Below are positions 58,824 through 64,000 of a stretch of DNA of 64,000 nucleotides, one piece after another; position 1 is the stretch's first letter, and every line of letters starts with the position of its first letter. The stretch is taken from contig URUK01000014.1 in assembly GCA_900551055.1 (NCBI GenBank), positions 710 through 64,709 of the forward strand, in the 5' to 3' direction. A program made the position numbers and the translations under genes. The notes under the pieces were generated by a model that ran no database searches, was not told where the DNA came from, and worked only from the letters and a program-made list of their open reading frames with translations. This DNA comes from an uncultured Prevotella sp. GTDB taxonomy: Bacteria > Bacteroidota > Bacteroidia > Bacteroidales > Bacteroidaceae.

Positions 58824-58901
58824 GTAATACCATTGCAATTTCTTTGTAAAAACTTGCTAATCGTAAGGCAATGCGATTGCAACACCACAGCTTTAATTTT
58901 G
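58824..58901 (+). promoter_or_regulatory. Six 11-bp-phased SYAAH repeats plus -7 box (OmpR/PhoB-type operator)
   Basis: GTAAT 58824, GCAAT 58835, GTAAA 58846, CTAAT 58857, GCAAT 58868, GCAAC 58879; TAATTTTG 58894-58901. Confidence 0.65.
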
Positions 58902-58947
58902 CACCCGGAAACAGGATTGTGATGTTTTTTTACGAAGAAAGGACAAA

Positions 58948-61656
58948 ATGAACAGATTGAAAAGATTGTTTGGCGCAGTTGCCATGGCCCTGATTGTGGC
59001 CGTGCAGGCGTTTGGCGCCGATGTGAACGACGCCGATACCGGCGTCAAGGGAAGTATAAAGGACAGGCAGTCGAAAGAACCGCTTATCGGTGCGACGGTG
59101 ACCGTCGTGGGCAGCGGCATGGCTACCGTGACCGATGTTGACGGAAACTTCGCCCTGTCGGGACTGCGTGACGGCATTTATGACATAGAGATAAAGTATG
59201 TCGGCTACAAGACCGCCGTCAAGAGACAGGTGAAGGTTGAGAACAACAAGGTTACAACGCTCGACTTCGAGCTTGAGACAGACAACCGCGTGCTGTCGGG
59301 CGTGGAGGTTGTGGCGAAGGCCAACCGCGAATCGGAGAACGTAACGATGATGGAACAGAAGAAATCCGTCGTGGCAATACAGACCATCGGCGCGCAGGAG
59401 CTTTCACGCAAGGGAATAAGCGACGCGCAGGCGGCCGTCACAAAGATATCGGGCATATCCAAGCAGGAAGGAGTGAAGAACGTGTTTGTGCGCGGTCTGG
59501 GCGACCGTTACAACATCACGACGCTCAACCGCTTTCCGCTGCCCTCGGAAGACCCTGAATACAAAAACATCGCGCTCGACTTTTTCTCTACCGACATAAT
59601 CCAGTCGATTGATGTCAACAAGGCGTTTTACAGCAACACGCCTGCCGACGCCGCCGGAGCCGACATCAACATCACGTCGAAAGAGCTTACCGGCGACGGC
59701 AAGCTGAGCGTGAGCGTGTCGGGAGGTTTCAACACGCAGACGCTCTCGTCCGACTTCATGCGCATGGACGGCGTCAACTCGTTCGGCTTCGCCGACAGGA
59801 CACAGCCCGGCACGAACCTTGACACATACAACTTCCGCAACTCGCTCGACCCGTCGAAACAGAACCTGCAGATAAACCAGAGCTACACAATCTCCGGCGG
59901 AAAGCGGTTCAGGTTCGGCAACGACGCGTTCTCGTTCTTCCTCGTAGCGTCACACAACAAGGACTACACCCACTATGACGAGGACGTGCGCAACACCACC
60001 ACTACGGGCACGCTGACGCAGGACATGAACGGCGACATATCCAAGGTGAAGACAAGCCAGATTGCGATGGCAAACCTTGAGTATTCGATTAACCGGAAGC
60101 ACAGCATCGCGTACAACTTCATGCTCGTACATTCCGCCGACGAGTCGGTAGGCAACTACACAGGCATGGACTCAAAGTACGAATCGTCTGACACCTACGA
60201 GGGCTTTATGCGCCGCCAGCAGGTAAACGACAACATGCTCATCGTAAACCAGATTGACACGAAGTGGCATCTCGGCAAGATGTTCGGCCTTGACGCCGGA
60301 GTGGCATACAACATAATCAACGGCTATGAGCCTGACCGCCGCATCAACAACCTCGTACTGACCGACAACGGTTACGAGCCGATGAAGGGCACAGGCATAC
60401 AGCAGCGTTACTTCTCAAAACTGAACGACGGAGACCTTAACGTCAGGGCGGCCCTTACTTACAAGCTGAAAGACGGCTTCGAGCAGAACTCCAACGTGCG
60501 CATAGGATACATCGGACGATTTGTCGACGACAACTTCGAGGCCGTGGAATACGACATGTCGGTCGTAAACCAGGACGTGTTTGACATCGACAACGTGCGT
60601 TTCGACGATTTCTTCAACAACGACAACTTCACGGCTGGCGACTTCCAGCTTGACCGCAACATCGACAAATATGACGTAAAGAAAGACATTCACTCGGCTT
60701 ACGCGGAAGCGACATACCAGTTTACGAGGAAATTCATAGCCAACGTCGGACTGAAATACGACAACGTAGGCATGAAAGTAAACTACAATGTCAACCGCGG
60801 AGGCACGCAAGGCTCACAGGAAATAAACAAGAACTACTTTCTGCCGAGCATCAACCTGCGCTACAACATCACGGAGAACCACGCCCTGCGCCTCGCCGCA
60901 AGCAAGACTTACACCCTGCCGCAGTCAAAGGAAATATCGCCTTTCCGCTATGTCAGCGTAAGCTTCAAGAGCCAGGGTAACCCCGACCTGAAACCGTCTG
61001 ACAACTACAACGTCGACCTGAAGTGGGACTGGTACCTGTCACCGTCGGAGCTGCTGTCGGTCACCGGCTTCTACAAATACATCAAGGACCCCATCTCGCG
61101 CATTGAAGTGAACAGCGCCGGAGGCTATCTCTCATACAGGAACATATCCGACCATGCCACCGTTGCGGGCGTCGAGGTCGAGCTGAAGAAACACATCTTC
61201 TCGCAGAACCTCCAGGGCGAGGGGCTTAGCAGGCTTACTTTCGGCATGAACGGAGCATACACCTACACGTTCGCAAAGGTGCCGCTGGCAACCGACCCGT
61301 CCGGCTCGCAGCTCGAAGGAGCAGCCCCCTGGCTGGTGAACGCCGACCTTACATACATGCTGCGCAAAAAGGCTAACACTTTCACAGGCGCATTGGTGTT
61401 CAACTACTTCAGCGACAGGCTCTATACCGTGGGCACGGAGGGCTACCAGGACATCATGGAGAACGGCATACCGACGCTTGACTTCGTCGCCTCGGCGCAG
61501 CTTGGAAAGCATTTCTCCATCAACCTGAAGGCGCGCAACCTGCTCAACTCCGCCCACCAGCTGACACGACAGGGCAACGCCGACAACAAGGAAGTGGTGC
61601 TCAGCAAGTACAAGAGGGGCATGGACTTCAGTCTCGGACTGTCTTACAACCTGTAA
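58948..61656 (+). CDS. TonB-dependent receptor with N-terminal carboxypeptidase-reg-like domain
   Basis: EPLIGATV...TD.DGNF, VRGLGDRYN, GNPDLKP, ARNLL, C-terminal YNL. Confidence 0.93.
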   Translation: MNRLKRLFGAVAMALIVAVQAFGADVNDADTGVKGSIKDRQSKEPLIGATVTVVGSGMATVTDVDGNFALSGLRDGIYDIEIKYVGYKTAVKRQVKVENNKVTTLDFELETDNRVLSGVEVVAKANRESENVTMMEQKKSVVAIQTIGAQELSRKGISDAQAAVTKISGISKQEGVKNVFVRGLGDRYNITTLNRFPLPSEDPEYKNIALDFFSTDIIQSIDVNKAFYSNTPADAAGADINITSKELTGDGKLSVSVSGGFNTQTLSSDFMRMDGVNSFGFADRTQPGTNLDTYNFRNSLDPSKQNLQINQSYTISGGKRFRFGNDAFSFFLVASHNKDYTHYDEDVRNTTTTGTLTQDMNGDISKVKTSQIAMANLEYSINRKHSIAYNFMLVHSADESVGNYTGMDSKYESSDTYEGFMRRQQVNDNMLIVNQIDTKWHLGKMFGLDAGVAYNIINGYEPDRRINNLVLTDNGYEPMKGTGIQQRYFSKLNDGDLNVRAALTYKLKDGFEQNSNVRIGYIGRFVDDNFEAVEYDMSVVNQDVFDIDNVRFDDFFNNDNFTAGDFQLDRNIDKYDVKKDIHSAYAEATYQFTRKFIANVGLKYDNVGMKVNYNVNRGGTQGSQEINKNYFLPSINLRYNITENHALRLAASKTYTLPQSKEISPFRYVSVSFKSQGNPDLKPSDNYNVDLKWDWYLSPSELLSVTGFYKYIKDPISRIEVNSAGGYLSYRNISDHATVAGVEVELKKHIFSQNLQGEGLSRLTFGMNGAYTYTFAKVPLATDPSGSQLEGAAPWLVNADLTYMLRKKANTFTGALVFNYFSDRLYTVGTEGYQDIMENGIPTLDFVASAQLGKHFSINLKARNLLNSAHQLTRQGNADNKEVVLSKYKRGMDFSLGLSYNL

Positions 61657-61707
61657 AAACTAACATGACACAAGACAATAATTCATCAACTAAAATCATT
61701 TAGCAAC

Positions 61708-63948
61708 ATGAAAAAATTATTTCTTACATCCATGGCTTTCCTTGCCATGATGAGTGCAATGACGTTGACTTCTTGCAGCGACGACGACAACAACGGCGGA
61801 GACGGCCCGGGCCCTACCGACAGCGCGGTGCTTGGAGGTGACGTAGAAGGAACTCTGACACTCGACGCCAACACCGAATACCACCTGACAAGCGCGCTCA
61901 TCGTCCGCGAAGGCGCAACCCTTGAGATACCGGCAGGAACAACAATAAAGGCGGCAAAGGGTTTCGGCAACTACATCCTCGTTGAGCGCGGAGGAAAAAT
62001 CAACGCAACGGGAACGGCGGCAAAGCCCATCATCATGACCGCCGACGCAACCGACGCCACATCGGGCCACTGGGGAGGACTCATCATCAACGGTTACGCG
62101 CCCATTTCAGGCGCGAGCGGCACAGTTTCCGAGGGAGCGACGGAGATTGACACGAATGTGCCTTACGGCGGAAACGTGTCTAACGACAACAGCGGCACCA
62201 TCGAGTACGTGCAACTGCTCTACACCGGAGCGCGCAGCTCATCTGACATAGAGCACAACGGACTGACGCTTAACGGCGTAGGAAGCGGAACGACAATCGA
62301 CAACATATACATCGCCGAGGGCGCTGACGACGCGATTGAGTTCTTCGGAGGAACGGTGAACGTAAGCAACATCCTCGCCGTCAACTGCGACGACGACTGC
62401 TTCGACTTCACCCAGGGTTATTCAGGCACGCTCTCCAACTGCTACGGCATCTGGGAAGACGGATTTGTAAGCACCGAAAGCGACCCGCGCGGAGTAGAAG
62501 CCGACGGCAACCTCGACGGCGAAGGCTCGGACCACACGCCGCAGGCCAACTTCACCATAGAGGACATGACGATAGTAAACAACTCTTCGGCACAGGCCAT
62601 GCAGGACGCCATCAAGGTGCGCCGCGATGCGACGGCACACATCACCAACGCCGTAGTTTACGGTGCAGGCGAGATACAGAACCTCGTAGACCTTACCGAC
62701 AGCAAGGACAATGCCACTACCGCAACCGAAATAAGCGTTACCAACAACGCATACTACGTGTCTGACGATGTCGTAAACAACGGCGGCACGGCATATTCGG
62801 GCGTTCAGGTACAGGCAGGCAACACCGGCGCGGACACGTCAAAGTTCTCTTGGACAGGCTACCAGTTCCCCACATTAAACCCCGTCACCACCGTTACAGG
62901 CAACGAGATACCGCTTGAAATCACAGAGCCTATGGCATTAGAGGCCGGCAAAGAGTATTCGCTCAACGGCTCCGTACACGTCAAGGACGGCGGCGTGCTG
63001 ATAATCCCGGCTGGCATGACGGTAAAAGCAAACGAAGGCTTCGACAACTTCATACTCGTTGAGCGCGGCGGCAAGATTTACGCGGCAGGCACGGAAGACG
63101 CGCCAATCACATTCACAGCCGACGCCGACAATGCTTCCGCTGGATATTGGGGCGGACTGATAATCAACGGATACGCCCACATCTCCGGCACTGAAGGAAC
63201 GGTTGCAGAGGGCACTACCGAGATTGACGCCAACATTCCTTACGGCGGAGACAACGACGCCGACTATTCAGGCGTGCTGACATACGTCCGCATACTCTAC
63301 TCCGGCGCACGCAGCTCGTCAGACATCGAGCACAACGGACTCACGCTGAACGCTGTCGGAAGCAACACAAAGATTTCAAACATATACATCGCCGAGGGCG
63401 CTGACGACGCGATTGAGTTCTTCGGAGGCTCGGTCAGCGTAGACAACCTGCTCGCTGTCAACTGCGACGACGACTGCTTCGACTTCACCCAGGGCTACAA
63501 CGGCACGCTCTCAAACTGCTACGGACGCTGGGAGGCCGGATTTACAAGCACGGAAGAAGACCCACGCGGCGTTGAGGCCGACGGCAACCTCGACGGCAAC
63601 AGCCCTGACCACACGCCACAGTCTGACTTCACGATTGAGAACATGACGATAGAGAACCTGTCAACAACCCAGGCAATGCAGGACGCCATCAAGGTGCGCC
63701 GCGGCGCAAAGGCAACCATCAGCAACGCATTGGTGATTGGTTCAGGCGAGATTACAGAACTTGTAGACCTCTCCGACGGCAAAGGCACCGGCGACGCAGC
63801 CTCTGTAATCAACGTCATCAAAGGCGCAACCAATGTCGGCAGCGACACCAACAGCGGCAATCCCGCTGGCGCGACAATCAGCATCACCAACGGTAACACC
63901 GGCGGTTGCCCGACCGACATCTTCGGCTGGACAGGATACACTCTTTAA
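61708..63948 (+). CDS. Surface lipoprotein with two tandem beta-helix-like domains
   Basis: LTSC-SDDD; G.I.A.GT...PI...WGGLIING, DDAIEFFGG and DDDCFDFTQGY each occur twice. Confidence 0.85.
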   Translation: MKKLFLTSMAFLAMMSAMTLTSCSDDDNNGGDGPGPTDSAVLGGDVEGTLTLDANTEYHLTSALIVREGATLEIPAGTTIKAAKGFGNYILVERGGKINATGTAAKPIIMTADATDATSGHWGGLIINGYAPISGASGTVSEGATEIDTNVPYGGNVSNDNSGTIEYVQLLYTGARSSSDIEHNGLTLNGVGSGTTIDNIYIAEGADDAIEFFGGTVNVSNILAVNCDDDCFDFTQGYSGTLSNCYGIWEDGFVSTESDPRGVEADGNLDGEGSDHTPQANFTIEDMTIVNNSSAQAMQDAIKVRRDATAHITNAVVYGAGEIQNLVDLTDSKDNATTATEISVTNNAYYVSDDVVNNGGTAYSGVQVQAGNTGADTSKFSWTGYQFPTLNPVTTVTGNEIPLEITEPMALEAGKEYSLNGSVHVKDGGVLIIPAGMTVKANEGFDNFILVERGGKIYAAGTEDAPITFTADADNASAGYWGGLIINGYAHISGTEGTVAEGTTEIDANIPYGGDNDADYSGVLTYVRILYSGARSSSDIEHNGLTLNAVGSNTKISNIYIAEGADDAIEFFGGSVSVDNLLAVNCDDDCFDFTQGYNGTLSNCYGRWEAGFTSTEEDPRGVEADGNLDGNSPDHTPQSDFTIENMTIENLSTTQAMQDAIKVRRGAKATISNALVIGSGEITELVDLSDGKGTGDAASVINVIKGATNVGSDTNSGNPAGATISITNGNTGGCPTDIFGWTGYTL

Positions 63949-63983
63949 TTAAGAGTTAAGAGTTAAGAGTTAAGAAAATATGC
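63946..63983 (+). repeat. Left arm of the (TTAAGAR)n-AAAATATGC element, as at 53433
   Basis: taattaagagttaagagttaagagttaagaaaatatgc. Confidence 0.75.
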
Positions 63984-64000
63984 CTTGCTGGTTATTATTT

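Overview
Bacteroidales chromosomal window, Prevotella-like judging by its gene content, TAnnTTTG promoters and intergenic repeats. It has three parts. (1) About 1-32.65 kb is the right part of a CTnDOT-related integrative element. Its cargo is redox/hydrolase genes (aldo-keto reductases, four exported flavodoxins, alpha/beta hydrolases, AraC) and an Fe-S/TonB/Tat operon that runs directly into rteA-rteB. Three HTH excisionase-like genes and two tandem tyrosine integrases follow. No tetQ, rteC or tra/mob genes are visible in the window. (2) About 32.7-43.3 kb is an accessory locus and the best candidate for an undescribed system. It contains a frameshifted TPR-TM-HTH regulator, a 4x TGTCAAC operator, DUF3244-like and Sel1/T9SS-CTD genes, and a secreted protein with an Asp/Trp-rich arm and a Cys/His hydrolase-like C-terminus. 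These are followed by seven genes carrying eight domains from two secreted families, arranged as recombining A-B cassettes (putative toxin plus immunity array). (3) About 43.4-64 kb is core-like: TolC/RND/MFP with AraC, a small membrane-protein pair, priA, a 7TM-HD phosphohydrolase, gltX, a metallophosphoesterase, and a TonB receptor plus internally duplicated lipoprotein under a 6x 11-bp phased operator. Four families of intergenic repeats are dispersed through this part. All product calls come from motif recognition by eye; no searches were run.
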